This document shows, piece by piece, positions 40,901 to 51,800 of a DNA stretch of 64,000 nucleotides. Position numbers and translations under genes: made by a program. Below the pieces are notes generated by a model. That model was given only the letters and a program-made list of their open reading frames with translations. It was not told the origin of the DNA and searched no databases. Source of the DNA: a virus; the IMG/VR virus record IMGVR_UViG_3300042520_002054, positions 56,709 to 120,708 of that record; one strand, written 5' to 3'. The stretch's first letter is position 1. Every line of letters starts with the position of its first letter.

Positions 40901-43900
40901 GAACCGGCGAGCAAGTGAACGAGCTGAGGTACTATAATAGTATTTTTATAAGATGCATCAATGAAGTCTACAATTTTAAATGCTATCATTGAACGCTTAT
41001 CTTCTGTAGGAATACGTGTAGCAAATGCTTTTGTCATCTTTTCTTTGAAGAGATTGTATTCTTCAAAAGATTTAAACTCCGGCATTGGTACAATTACTTC
41101 TACAAAATATGTAGTATTACCATTTGCATCTACTTCAGTTGTAATTCCAGGGTACCTTGTTCCGTATCTAGACTCATCTAAATACTGCATGTACTGACCA
41201 TTACTTTCAGCAATATCTTGCTCTAAGGAATCAATAACACGTCCTGTTTCTCTATCAAAGAGTAATTTATATCCAAAACTAGTTGCATGGAAATACTTAC
41301 CACCTTTTACTTTTTCGTCAAATACTTTATTACTGTAGTGACTAAAGAAGTAATATTGGAATGTTTTTCTTATAACTGGAAGGTTAACATTAAACTTAGG
41401 TTTACCATCCTGAGTCTCAAAGAATTTCAACATGTTACTGTCAGCTCCCTGATCTACAAGTGCTTCACGAATTGTATCTACTAACTCACCAACATTAATG
41501 TTACCATTTTCGTCACGCAGTGCTTTTAGCATAAACTGCAAACGTGAGTTTGTAGATCTAGCTAATGTAGTATTGTACTTAGAAAGTATTTCAGCTAGTT
41601 GAGTAGTTTCATTAGTAACCCTTTCTCTATCTTCTACTGAAGACTCTGCAAGCATTCTATCAATTGTGTGCTGTATGTCAGCTGGTAATAGAATTTTAGC
41701 TTGAACTGAGGCTTTAGAATCTTCAGAAATACCACTTGTTTCTACCTGGTTAAACTTAAATCTTGCATCAACACGGTAACTACTTCTGTTTAAAGAAATA
41801 TAATTACCATTTCTTTCCTCCATGCTTACAGGAAGACTGGTGACTTTTTTAGAAGCTGTGGTATCCATCAACATATCTATTTGATGGTACTCCATTGCAT
41901 TTAACAAGTCATGAAGTTTCTGACGATGAGGTCTAGGAATCCAGAATCCGTGTATTGTATTATACAGTTCTCTAATCTGATTTTGAATTAGTTCATATTC
42001 TGTATTACCGGGTTCAATCATTCTAGCTCTTTGACGCAAATCATAAATTGAACGATAAGCATTTTCTAAAGTAGCTCGTTCTTCTTCACTAGTTACGTTA
42101 AGTACACTAACATCTGTCCTATTAATAATATGCTCTGACTGCTTGAAATAGTTTTCACGACCGGCATGAACTGTTTTAAATGAGTTTAATACAATTCGAT
42201 TATCTTCTAAATAATTTATTTCAGTAGGAGTGAGCTTTCTGTAATTCGCTTGAATAAGAAGATTACGTGCTTTCTCAGGTAATCTACCAGTCTCCTGATA
42301 AAAGTCAATTCTATGCATTAGTAATGTCAAAGACTGACCATCAAATACTTTTTCTCTACCTCTTTCTTCTTGAATAATACCTTCTTCGTTAGTAAGGTTT
42401 TCAAACAACTGTCTTACAGAGTCATCTTCTATTTCATCTATACTATCATATTGACCAGCAAGAATATTATTTCTGTCTAGCAACATAGTAATATCATCAA
42501 CGTGAGCTACATTATACCACCCACGTTTCATTGTACTACCTGCAGCAAGAAGAGACTTATTACGTTTAAAGTAGTCAATAGTATTTTTAATACCCATTGC
42601 TCTATCACCGTCAATTAATTGATTTACAAATAAGCTGTTAATCAAGTAATTGAAATAATAGTCTTTTAAGAATTGCTCGTCACCATTAATACCCAAATCT
42701 TTATTTGTAAAGTATACGGATTGAAAAGCAGCACCTCTAGTTGATACCTTGGTTTGCTTAACATCACTGTTGTTAATGGTTCCATTTTTTATTTCTCTAG
42801 GTCTTGAACCACCTTTAAGTACAATAGAACCTTTTTCGTCTTTCTTAATAATATCGTTTGTGAGAAGATTGTTTAAGTATTTGTTAAAAGACTCTTCAGC
42901 ATATAAAGCAAGTTGTTTATCTAATCTACTTTTTACTTCAGCGTCTAAATTCTTAAAGTCAATCTTATCCTCACCCTGACGTTTTGCTATTTCGATAAGT
43001 TCATTTCTTAATGAAGCTCTTTCATATTCATTAGATCCTTCTTCAAAGTTTGTGATAGCTTGACCTGTTAAAAAGAAATCATCAAGATTATTAAACTGAA
43101 ATGCACGTAATTTTTTTGCTTCAGCTAAAGAAGTATCATTCGTGATTATTTCACCATTCTGACCTTTTTTAGCATTGAAATTATTCAAGTAAGTATTTTG
43201 TCCTTGCTCGTATAATGATTCTCTTAAAGATCTTGCTGACCATTCTCTTTGAATCCTATTAAACTCTTGCTGTACAGCAATTCGTAAATACTGAACAGGA
43301 GTATTCTCATAAGACACTTTACCAGCAACAATCTTTGGAGCAAAGTTTATATACATCGCACTAACTAAAAAGTTAGTTTGAGAAGCTTCAAGCTGAGTCA
43401 AATTTCTGTTGAAAACAGTTACCTCGCCAGTTAACGATACTCTTTCATCATTATTAGTTGTCATCTGATGTTCAGATTTCAACTGTGTACGTTGAGAGAA
43501 ATTCATCAACTCTTGCAAATACTGAGATCTTGCATTTAAACCTTTATAATTAGCTGATCTTACTTTCTGACCATTAACTATTTGTTCAACACCAGCATTA
43601 ACACTAACAGAAAGGTTTTCAAAAAATGTTTTAAGAGCAAGTCTTCTTTCAACAGTTTTCTTTTCACCTTCCGCGCTATTCTTTAAAGCAGATGCAATAA
43701 AGAAGTTATCTTCAAACCATGGTTTCAAGTAATCATTGTAATAAATACTTGTTGATAAAGCTTCTTCCAAACCTTTATTTCTAATGTCCTGAAGAAGCAA
43801 GACAGCAGGTGTATATTTTACATATCTGTATACAGGCTTGCCTTCTGCATTAGTAACAACTGATGGAAGTTCTTTTGGGTCCATTTTCAGAACATACTTC

Positions 43901-46900
43901 ATTGCTCTGCGCAAAGAAGCATAGAAACTATCATTTCCAGCTGTTCTAGAACTACTCAACAAGTCTAACTTCTGACCTTGAGTAGTATTAAATCTGACAC
44001 CTTTAGACATGTTTTTAGACATGTCACTAAGATTCTTAAAGAAGTTCTTAGACAGGTATTCGTCACCGTGAGCAAAACTTTCAAAAGCATAGTAATGTCT
44101 AAACACTGTTTCTTCAGTTCTTGGAAGAACTCCATTCTCTTTAACATCAATTGAAAGTAGTGAGAAACGTAATAGTGATTTAGGAATATTAATTCCTAAC
44201 ACCTGCATATTTTTATAAATAGAATTTACTAGCTGCTCTAGTTTTACTTCTTGATTACTCACAATAAGATCTGTGACACGTCCTGTGTTCTGATAAATAC
44301 TTAATGCAAGATTGGAAAGCGTTTCTGCAGCTTTCTTATACTCTTCGTCAGATGCCGACTTAGTATTTGTAGATTTAAGTTTTGCTTCAAGAGCATCCAT
44401 CTTAGACTGCACATCAGCTCTTGTTAACTTTTCAATCTGATTAGATGAAGTAGAAGAAGATATCAATTGATTCTGGTCATCTCTTTCTTCTTTTGTAATC
44501 AATCTGGTAAGTAATGAATCCATTTCAGCATTGTGAAAAGTATCAATTACCTGACTATACAAGAGCAAATCTCCACCAATAGGTTCAAAGTTTTCATTGA
44601 AACGAATATTCTTTTGTAAGACGTTAAACACAGCGTCTAAAGAACGAGCTTCGTCAATGTTTTCATCATATCTATACTGCTCTCCAGCAAGTGCTATTCT
44701 TGGAATAATTTCTTCAGGCATAGCATTAGCTGTAATCTTCATCAATAGATTAAAGATGTTTGATCCATCTACCATTCTAGAATACTTCACACCATTCTCA
44801 TCTTCAGTCTCATATTTAACTAAAGACAAGAATCTTCTCATTTCTCTAGGAAGACCTTCTAGTGGATTAATGTTAAAGAAAGATGCGTCAAGATCAGCAG
44901 ATGAACCAATTTCATCTTCTGTGATATCGAAATCATTTTCATTGAACTCTTCTTGAGTTGTTACATCCTCTTCTTCTCTATGTGCAGGAGTAGTACCATA
45001 GTTGATATGCTTAAGAATACCTTTTACTTGATTGAATAAAACATCAACAGCTTTATCATAAGTTTGAGCTACACCTGTATCATCAATATTATCATACGCC
45101 GGATTACCGGTCATGTTTTCAGCTTTAGCTTGAAAAGGTACTTGCTGACCATCAATGTTGAATTGTAAAACACCATGTGCTAAAACAGCACGCATATCAT
45201 CAAGTCTTGTTTTCCAGTTTGCTAAAATCTGCGAATCTTTTCCAGGATTGTTTACCATCCATGTATCAAGATTAAAGTCAGACATTGCTAAAAGCTTTCT
45301 CTGCAAATCAAACTTATCCTTGAGCGTAAGTTTTATCTCTGGATTAATTTCCGAAAACTCACGAGGATCAAAGTTCATTATTTCATATGCTATTCTATAA
45401 GCAAGCTGCTTTTGATCTTCTACTGGAAGAAAACTAGTTACACGTTTTACAGAACCATCTTCTTTCTGTACAATTCTATGACGAGTTGGTGCAAGTTCAA
45501 ATGCAACAGAACCTGTTTCATAATTACTAATTACGGCTGCATTCTTGTAATATCCTGTAGAAATTCTACCATAAACCTTGTCAATTGTATTAGCATTAGC
45601 TGTAAAGAACTTAATTAAGCCTTTCAACAAACTAAATAATTTAGCAAGGAGACCTACAGGTTTAGATGCTTTAGGTTTTGTCATATAAGATTTAAAACCT
45701 TCAGCTAAAATCTCTTCTGCAATTAAATTTTCTATACGCTCTTTGCTACCAACAACTTTACGACGTTCCGCAAATTTTTTTCTATATTCTTCGCTAAAGT
45801 ACTTTGAATTTTTAGGGTCAGCTTTAACCTGCTTTAAAAGTTTTGATCTTTCTTCAGATGTCATTAATCTTCTGAAGACATGGTGAAAAGCTTCGTGATA
45901 AATTGTACCACCTGATTTAATTGTCTTATTAAGATAGATTACACTATCCTTATACATACCCAAGATAGTACCGTTTGCTTCCACCATTTCAAGAAGTTCT
46001 TGAACTTCTTTTTCTTCTAGAGAAACAGACTTCAAGTTTTCTTGTAACCAAGCTTTTTCAGATTGAAGTCTTTCTTCACTGAAAGGTTCGGTATAGTTAT
46101 CTGAGAAATCTTCTTGTACAGAAAGGATGCTATCCTCAACAGGTATATCTAACCCATTGCTCTGTACCGAAGGAGTATTTGTAATGTTTTCTGATCCAGT
46201 GTTTGTGACTTCTTGAACCGGTGAAACAGAAGTCGTAGAATTCTGGTATGTCGCTTCAAATGCGACTCTACTTGGTTTAGGAGTAAGTACTTGATAGTAC
46301 TTTGTGTTGAATTTACCAATTTTAACATCATTGACACGTAAAGAGTAGTTGAGACCTTCTCCAGGTAAGCCTGGACTAGTTTGAGCAATAATTAGAAAAG
46401 GATTCTTTTTTAAACCGCTTTTCTCGTAAGTTGCTTTAAGTTCGTCACTTCCAGCATTGATTACACCCTCTAAAGTATTTACTAGCGAGTCTACAATGCT
46501 TTTGCTAATTCTTTGTACACTGCTAGAAACTCTTGAGTTATAATTTCTAAGATCAGAATCTTCAGGATGTCTTGCTTGCAGTTTAACTAAATCCGCATAA
46601 AAATCAATTATACCATCAGGAGTATTTACATCGTGAATACCTAGAGATGTATACTTGGATTTTAATTTTTCAGTGACACTATTAGATTTAAATCTATCTA
46701 AACTTTCTTTAATTGTATCAATAGGAAACTCAATGCTAATAGGTGCAATCAAATTACCATAGACTCTCTGCATTGGTTTTACACTGAATACTAATACAGG
46801 TTCATTTTCTTGATTTTTACGAACATTAATATTAATAGCAATACCACCACGAGGATCTATCTGAATACTTTTGGTATTGAACTCAAAGTTTAAATCATTA

Positions 46901-48858
46901 ATCTGTTCATCACTTAAACCCTCAGCAGTACTTAATGCTTGAGCAATACTATCAAAGTGCTCAGATATACGTGCATAAAAACCAATAAACTTGGCGTTAT
47001 TAAACATGGTAGAGGTAACAGAATTTGATGTTACCAATCCTGAAGAAGTCTTTGTTAATAGATATTTTTTGTTATAGGGTATTGATCTGGAATTCATTGA
47101 ATTAATCCAGCGACCCAAATTTGACTTACCAAAATAATCAATTGCAAATTCTGATACAGAGCTATATGAATTACCATTGAATTGAATTATTTCATTAGCG
47201 TTCAACTGAGATTCAAAAGACCAGTTAGTTGCATCAATATCAAATTCTTCAGGATTAACCTGTATACTAGAACGATTAGTATTTGTATAAAGAATCAAAG
47301 GAATTTGTGCAGTCCTTCTTTCTAATTCCAAACCAGTTCTTTCATCAAGTTTTACAACTTCAACAGTAGGGGTAGTATCAGGATTGTTTGCTATATAGTC
47401 TTCTAAAGATTGACTTGTTACAGCTGAACCTGAACTGTAAGAGAATAGATTGTAACTATTCTGGAAAATATTTGTTACATCAGTAACAGGTCCACCAGAC
47501 TCTACAACAGGTAAAACTTGAGCTTCAAACTGTTTGTACAGTTCATAAGCCTTAGCTAGTTCCTGAAGATCTGCTTGACTAAGCTTCGAATACTTACCAT
47601 TTCTGTTTACCACTGAAGTGTTTTGAACCCTTTTAAGATGTTCAGGATTACTAAAATCTACTATAGTAGTATTGTTATTATTATCTACAAAACTGTAGTT
47701 ATTGAGGGTAAATATTTCAAATGTTTCACCCGTACCTTCTACAACCCCAACTAAAATAAAACCTTGTTCTTGCTTAGGTCTTGCTACAGTTAATACTTCA
47801 CTAAATCCTACTGATCGTTCAAGCTTCTGAATTTGTGCTTCACTTTCAAATGTCTCATGTGTACGATTTGCAAGTCCTGCAATTGATGGATTAGATGATG
47901 CTTCAGAATACATTCTAGAAATACGATCATCTGCAATATTTCCAACCTTTACAGCAAATACTTTAAATGAAGAATTAATAGCTTCTTTAGATTTTGAAGC
48001 AAGAATTTCAGATGCCGGCTTTTGACCTTCTAGAATTACATCGCGCATTCTTAATCCTGAACGCATATTAACATCAAAGAAAATTGTTTCCCCGTTGTTA
48101 AATGACTCACTAGGAGCTGGGAGGGCAGGTCTTGCAAAAAGATAATCGGTTATTACAGTTCCGTCTAATGAAACATATTGATCACCTTCTTTGTAAGCTT
48201 CAACAACTACAAATCCTGGCAGACTTACTATATATGTTTGAAGATCTTCTGACAAGTTCTTCAATCTTACGTAAGGTGATTTACCAATTAATTTTTTACG
48301 AGCTGCTGATGTACGATTAAGTAAAAAGGTCTGGTTCTCAAGACTTAAATTCTTCAAAGTAGAATCTAAAAAATCCATGAACTTATTTATATCCTGAAGT
48401 TTTTCGTCTTGATTTTTATACGAAAAAGCTGATATATAAGCATTTACGTCTTTAAGAATTATGTCTAGTTGTACCTGAGTAATAGATTTTAATGACTCAA
48501 GGTTCTTAATGGAATCAAGAATACTTTCCGGTTTAATTGTAGATGTCTTAGACTTGACACCATACATTTCAGCAATCTTGTCTACAAATTGCTCAGGGTT
48601 TGATTCAATAAGATCTTTTAAACCAATAACACCAGATGCACTACCAAGCTCATAGAAAGACGAATCTAACCCATGCAGAGCTTGAAAAAGTTCTGCAAAA
48701 GAATAAATAGCGGTTGCTTTATTAAATGGGATTAGGGAACCGTTAGAGATTACTGCTTTTGCTACATTATCAAAGTTAGTATATCGCTGTGGGTCCGCCT
48801 GCACCAGCTTCTTTAAAATGGGAAGGAAGTCCGCAGGTGTTACCTTACAGTTTGTCAT
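37912..48858 (-). CDS. Virion-packaged RNA polymerase (crAss-like two-barrel vRNAP) with N-terminal zincin domain
   Basis: RIPTEDKRSM...AGSDLDID (DxDxD at 40885-40899), FDGQS, YHEAFH...EEILAE; 3648 aa; canonical position among three giant genes. Confidence 0.9.
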   Translation of the reverse strand: MTNCKVTPADFLPILKKLVQADPQRYTNFDNVAKAVISNGSLIPFNKATAIYSFAELFQALHGLDSSFYELGSASGVIGLKDLIESNPEQFVDKIAEMYGVKSKTSTIKPESILDSIKNLESLKSITQVQLDIILKDVNAYISAFSYKNQDEKLQDINKFMDFLDSTLKNLSLENQTFLLNRTSAARKKLIGKSPYVRLKNLSEDLQTYIVSLPGFVVVEAYKEGDQYVSLDGTVITDYLFARPALPAPSESFNNGETIFFDVNMRSGLRMRDVILEGQKPASEILASKSKEAINSSFKVFAVKVGNIADDRISRMYSEASSNPSIAGLANRTHETFESEAQIQKLERSVGFSEVLTVARPKQEQGFILVGVVEGTGETFEIFTLNNYSFVDNNNNTTIVDFSNPEHLKRVQNTSVVNRNGKYSKLSQADLQELAKAYELYKQFEAQVLPVVESGGPVTDVTNIFQNSYNLFSYSSGSAVTSQSLEDYIANNPDTTPTVEVVKLDERTGLELERRTAQIPLILYTNTNRSSIQVNPEEFDIDATNWSFESQLNANEIIQFNGNSYSSVSEFAIDYFGKSNLGRWINSMNSRSIPYNKKYLLTKTSSGLVTSNSVTSTMFNNAKFIGFYARISEHFDSIAQALSTAEGLSDEQINDLNFEFNTKSIQIDPRGGIAININVRKNQENEPVLVFSVKPMQRVYGNLIAPISIEFPIDTIKESLDRFKSNSVTEKLKSKYTSLGIHDVNTPDGIIDFYADLVKLQARHPEDSDLRNYNSRVSSSVQRISKSIVDSLVNTLEGVINAGSDELKATYEKSGLKKNPFLIIAQTSPGLPGEGLNYSLRVNDVKIGKFNTKYYQVLTPKPSRVAFEATYQNSTTSVSPVQEVTNTGSENITNTPSVQSNGLDIPVEDSILSVQEDFSDNYTEPFSEERLQSEKAWLQENLKSVSLEEKEVQELLEMVEANGTILGMYKDSVIYLNKTIKSGGTIYHEAFHHVFRRLMTSEERSKLLKQVKADPKNSKYFSEEYRKKFAERRKVVGSKERIENLIAEEILAEGFKSYMTKPKASKPVGLLAKLFSLLKGLIKFFTANANTIDKVYGRISTGYYKNAAVISNYETGSVAFELAPTRHRIVQKEDGSVKRVTSFLPVEDQKQLAYRIAYEIMNFDPREFSEINPEIKLTLKDKFDLQRKLLAMSDFNLDTWMVNNPGKDSQILANWKTRLDDMRAVLAHGVLQFNIDGQQVPFQAKAENMTGNPAYDNIDDTGVAQTYDKAVDVLFNQVKGILKHINYGTTPAHREEEDVTTQEEFNENDFDITEDEIGSSADLDASFFNINPLEGLPREMRRFLSLVKYETEDENGVKYSRMVDGSNIFNLLMKITANAMPEEIIPRIALAGEQYRYDENIDEARSLDAVFNVLQKNIRFNENFEPIGGDLLLYSQVIDTFHNAEMDSLLTRLITKEERDDQNQLISSSTSSNQIEKLTRADVQSKMDALEAKLKSTNTKSASDEEYKKAAETLSNLALSIYQNTGRVTDLIVSNQEVKLEQLVNSIYKNMQVLGINIPKSLLRFSLLSIDVKENGVLPRTEETVFRHYYAFESFAHGDEYLSKNFFKNLSDMSKNMSKGVRFNTTQGQKLDLLSSSRTAGNDSFYASLRRAMKYVLKMDPKELPSVVTNAEGKPVYRYVKYTPAVLLLQDIRNKGLEEALSTSIYYNDYLKPWFEDNFFIASALKNSAEGEKKTVERRLALKTFFENLSVSVNAGVEQIVNGQKVRSANYKGLNARSQYLQELMNFSQRTQLKSEHQMTTNNDERVSLTGEVTVFNRNLTQLEASQTNFLVSAMYINFAPKIVAGKVSYENTPVQYLRIAVQQEFNRIQREWSARSLRESLYEQGQNTYLNNFNAKKGQNGEIITNDTSLAEAKKLRAFQFNNLDDFFLTGQAITNFEEGSNEYERASLRNELIEIAKRQGEDKIDFKNLDAEVKSRLDKQLALYAEESFNKYLNNLLTNDIIKKDEKGSIVLKGGSRPREIKNGTINNSDVKQTKVSTRGAAFQSVYFTNKDLGINGDEQFLKDYYFNYLINSLFVNQLIDGDRAMGIKNTIDYFKRNKSLLAAGSTMKRGWYNVAHVDDITMLLDRNNILAGQYDSIDEIEDDSVRQLFENLTNEEGIIQEERGREKVFDGQSLTLLMHRIDFYQETGRLPEKARNLLIQANYRKLTPTEINYLEDNRIVLNSFKTVHAGRENYFKQSEHIINRTDVSVLNVTSEEERATLENAYRSIYDLRQRARMIEPGNTEYELIQNQIRELYNTIHGFWIPRPHRQKLHDLLNAMEYHQIDMLMDTTASKKVTSLPVSMEERNGNYISLNRSSYRVDARFKFNQVETSGISEDSKASVQAKILLPADIQHTIDRMLAESSVEDRERVTNETTQLAEILSKYNTTLARSTNSRLQFMLKALRDENGNINVGELVDTIREALVDQGADSNMLKFFETQDGKPKFNVNLPVIRKTFQYYFFSHYSNKVFDEKVKGGKYFHATSFGYKLLFDRETGRVIDSLEQDIAESNGQYMQYLDESRYGTRYPGITTEVDANGNTTYFVEVIVPMPEFKSFEEYNLFKEKMTKAFATRIPTEDKRSMIAFKIVDFIDASYKNTIIVPQLVHLLAGSDLDIDSLYAHGYASYNDATGKKHVYGDYTGYTEVNRTEAQFLELINSIGSNSVFRNEVSKAHRELMQETFEARKDNEVVYDEDTERVMELMGLPTMTDVAKVWEAENIQKQAFEEYLAVRTTNESNEEVADWKLQGELSSRLRQAKRQTELLESQFSDLDKKAFVKLYNYINAVQLVLAANGLPYTVDMFRENPQIPVETYQNQNLDAKLGIISNKIVFESLYSEERSDPSMFKNLAVNILGLSPETIAAKYNAFSIDGVINVNRLNAVNKDGIGITANFNKFLALVGANKLRLKSDERIWFLTDESGSSKFYDSFGGNESYRAIQLVGNALGMFADGAKDPIPALLQLNDVNLNVTLAMIGLGLPLEMAVFTNMLPEVINAVDSVKDSEINGTYTKMFYKEVNSEKRKLLTDQVVKDLTAAKILSANARNISFGNISIKYTTPESISSERLDAKLLTPAELGYSITTKSGEPLSLEAQKYILLDLYAKQAAQSFGIMDAGRIVNLFKRIKPSAAMVDRFSKSISRLKNNTGIFQNSSELFKGETVWNPLAQAVSDMNAQLSRIMLSRSNPLTSLRNLFGNIFQEQEEMADVIIGTLILDKMRVEAENPGATADEQFLKDTMKEMFRPEFWFGSVSDTSKFTTLEEDLEYLNDQYSTNPFVRTISIRSKEDAGTSRSYYILQMNTKAKLVPEIKEDIIDGYNALLKSVDPRARKIAVKLFFHEIIRNGMGRKASNFGQYINTDLYKNLNTYTEQLIESISSRAGFEKFFDGKRTVKDVMYQLYVKMIDAASVSKSTKIPALNALYIQDAVMAKKIFGVDNIRTNKKGFAFSDNIIKDLGEGKYVISLDMRSYEGENRNLMNAQVAPLGVRMEDYTSNRYEFPAMMRNNNGEIFVLTKLRTTDKSDITPISELLSQTIDTAGAVLGVQAEYQLYQPVSIDGMSLSGFTRQEINSFIGYAQGTKDLPASVTPEAKTPDIASKELTDKTNNGEIETKC

Positions 48859-48879
48859 AGTTTACCGGATTAGCTAATT

Positions 48880-51800
48880 TTACAAGAGACAAGTAAGCGC
48901 ATCATTGATGTCCGAAGCCAAGTCCCTCTCTATATCAAAGTTAACACTTTTTTCCTTATTTTGTAGAGCTTTTTGTTTAAACTCTACAAGTTCAGAATGG
49001 ATATTTTTTAAATCTTTCGAGTTTAAATTTTCTTCTTGAGTAAGCGTAGTAACATCAATATTTGGCGAAGATGTTTCTTTGTCGCTTATTACGGGTTCTG
49101 TAAAAGGTAGTTCTGCTTGTCCTTCAGCTGATTTTGCTTTAAGATCTTTTACAGCTTTTTTACCAGCTACCGTATTAACATAGTCCTTAATACTGGACAA
49201 TTTGTTTTTAGCTCTCTTATTATATTTATTAAACTTGTCTGTCAGATCTTTAATAAACTGTTCTTGTTTAACCCAAGTTTCTCCAGGCAAATTTTCAATA
49301 GCAAAGTCTACTAAAAATCTATCTTCTACTGCAGGTTCAACTTCTACTGGAGCAGTTTCTGTAGAAGTAGGTAAAGATTCTTCTTGAGTAACAGGGTTGT
49401 TTGAAGCATTATCAAAAGCATCTAAAACGGATAAGTCATCCATTTCACTGCTAGTAACAGGTAAAGGTTGAGAAGAAGATTCAATTTCAGCATTATTATC
49501 TTCTAAATCTAACCCAGTTTCAATAGTGGCAGATGGTGCGCTAGATGGTGGTAATTCATCATCATCGTCATTAACAGGAGTAGTAGGTGCTGGTTCTGGT
49601 GTTACATTGTCCTGATTATCTTGAACATCTGGTGCTTTAGTTTTATCAATACTATATTTATCTTTTATAGCATCTACTAGTTTAGTCAATTCTTGCTGAA
49701 CATACTCCTGTTCTTCTACACCTCTTGTAGGTGAAACATATACCGCAAAGATGTTTTTATATGACTCTTGACTTTTAATAAACTCTTTTACTTCTTTAGA
49801 AATACGATCATAGTTTTCGACCATGAACTGCATAAACTCCATAGAGTTTATTTGATCTTGATTACCAAAGCGTTCAGCAAGCTCTTTCCTAGTAATGCTC
49901 AATGCAAGCTCGTTTTCTAGATATGTTAAAGCATCAGAAATTCTTGCTTTAAATTCACCATCTGCAAAACGCAAATGTGCTTTTCTAAAATTCTTAGGGT
50001 CTAATAGAATATCTACTGCATTAATATAATCCTTTGCGTTTTTATCAAGTCTTATAAAGTCAACAAGTTTGTCAATACTTTGTCTAATTGTTTCATCTGA
50101 TACTGTAGTATTTAATCCAGCTTGTTTGTTTTTTAGATTTACAATCTTTTTAAATAACTGTTGAACAGTATCATTTTTGATCATCGAGTTAAACTCTTCT
50201 TTTGTAAGAGTTCCATCTTGATATGCTTTTTTATTTGCAGTACCAATAAATGTGTATTGAAGATCTTTAGGAAGTTTTTTATTCTTCTCTCTTTCATCAC
50301 CACTCAGTTCTTCTTGACCGTCTAATTCTTCTTCTTCAACGGTGTTTTCAAACAACCAGAATTGTTTCCAGCTATTAAGTAACTCTAACTCTTCTACTTT
50401 ATTGTCTATAGATTGCTTAACAGCAGGATCTTTTGTTTGCTCATACGATTCACGCAGATTTGCTAATTCACTTTGAACAATACCCAGTTCACTTTCAAGA
50501 TTTCTAGGATTACTCAAAATACGCATTGCGTAGTCTGCACTGTTTGCAATTTCACTTATACCTCTCAATTCATTAGCAAGAGTTCTAGATCTTTCGCCAG
50601 CTAACTTACCCTTGATACTATTCACAGCTACAACATCAATTGCACCATATAGTGCATTTTGCAAATACATTGCTCTTCTAAAATCTTTACTGTCTTTAGG
50701 AAATATGTAAGGATCTACTAATGGACCATATTTGCGGACAAGACTTTTGTATGTATCAGTGTAAGTATTAATATCATCTGCTATTTTATTGGTAAACTCT
50801 TTTACAGAATTATAACCAGTTTCTTTGATATCAACACCATAAGCTTCTTTAAATTCTTCTTCTGAAAACTGCTCACCAGTTTGACGAAGTCCTGTTATAA
50901 ATGCATCAGTAGAATTTGTCATCATAGCTGCACGAACTGCAGATACTAATGCATCCTCTTTAGCATTATTAAATTCATAAACATTTCCGGTAGTGGCTGC
51001 TTCAGTCATATTCTCAGAAGCTACAGCTTGTTCTCTAGCGTTGCGCATGTAGTGAGAAGTACCGTTTCGTTTATTGTCAAAAAATAGATTAAGCTGATTA
51101 ACAGCATCTGTTACTTTTTGATCTTGATTTTTCATTGACTCTAGATTACCCTGCATAGCAGCATAACCGTACTCACTTGCTTTGCCACCAACATAAGTAA
51201 CAGGAGCAACCAGTCTACCTGTAAGTGCGCCGATTAAAAATGTCTTGAAACCTTCTTGACCAGCTTGAGAACGTGCACCCCTGGTAATAGATTCTTCTAA
51301 GGAAATAGGGTTACCATTATATATAGATTCATAGTAATCTTTTACTCCAACAGCACTACCTTCTTGTAGTAGTTCTTGTACACCTTCGGTAAGTTCAAAC
51401 TTACCCATACCTCTACCCATAGACTTTGTAGCTTCCCAAGCAGCTCGTTTTTTACCAAAGTCTTCAGCAATTTCACCTAGGTTACCAAAGGTTCCAAAAA
51501 ATCCTTGTTTGTAGAACTTGGTTTTAACATCATTTGCAACAGCTCTTGTAAGAACTCTGTCTTCAGCATTATTGATAACCATTTCACGCATGAACTTATT
51601 AGTAGGTCCAAATCGACTAAATAGATTACCAAACTGAATTTTATTCATTGTCAGAAGAATGCCCATGTTAATATCAAACACAGATCCTCCAACATTCATT
51701 GCTGTTTCTCTAATTGCTTTTTCTTCTTCACTAGTAGGAACTCTATCGTACTGTTCCCTGAATTGATTATGTAAAGCAGTATAAGTATCACCGTATGCAT

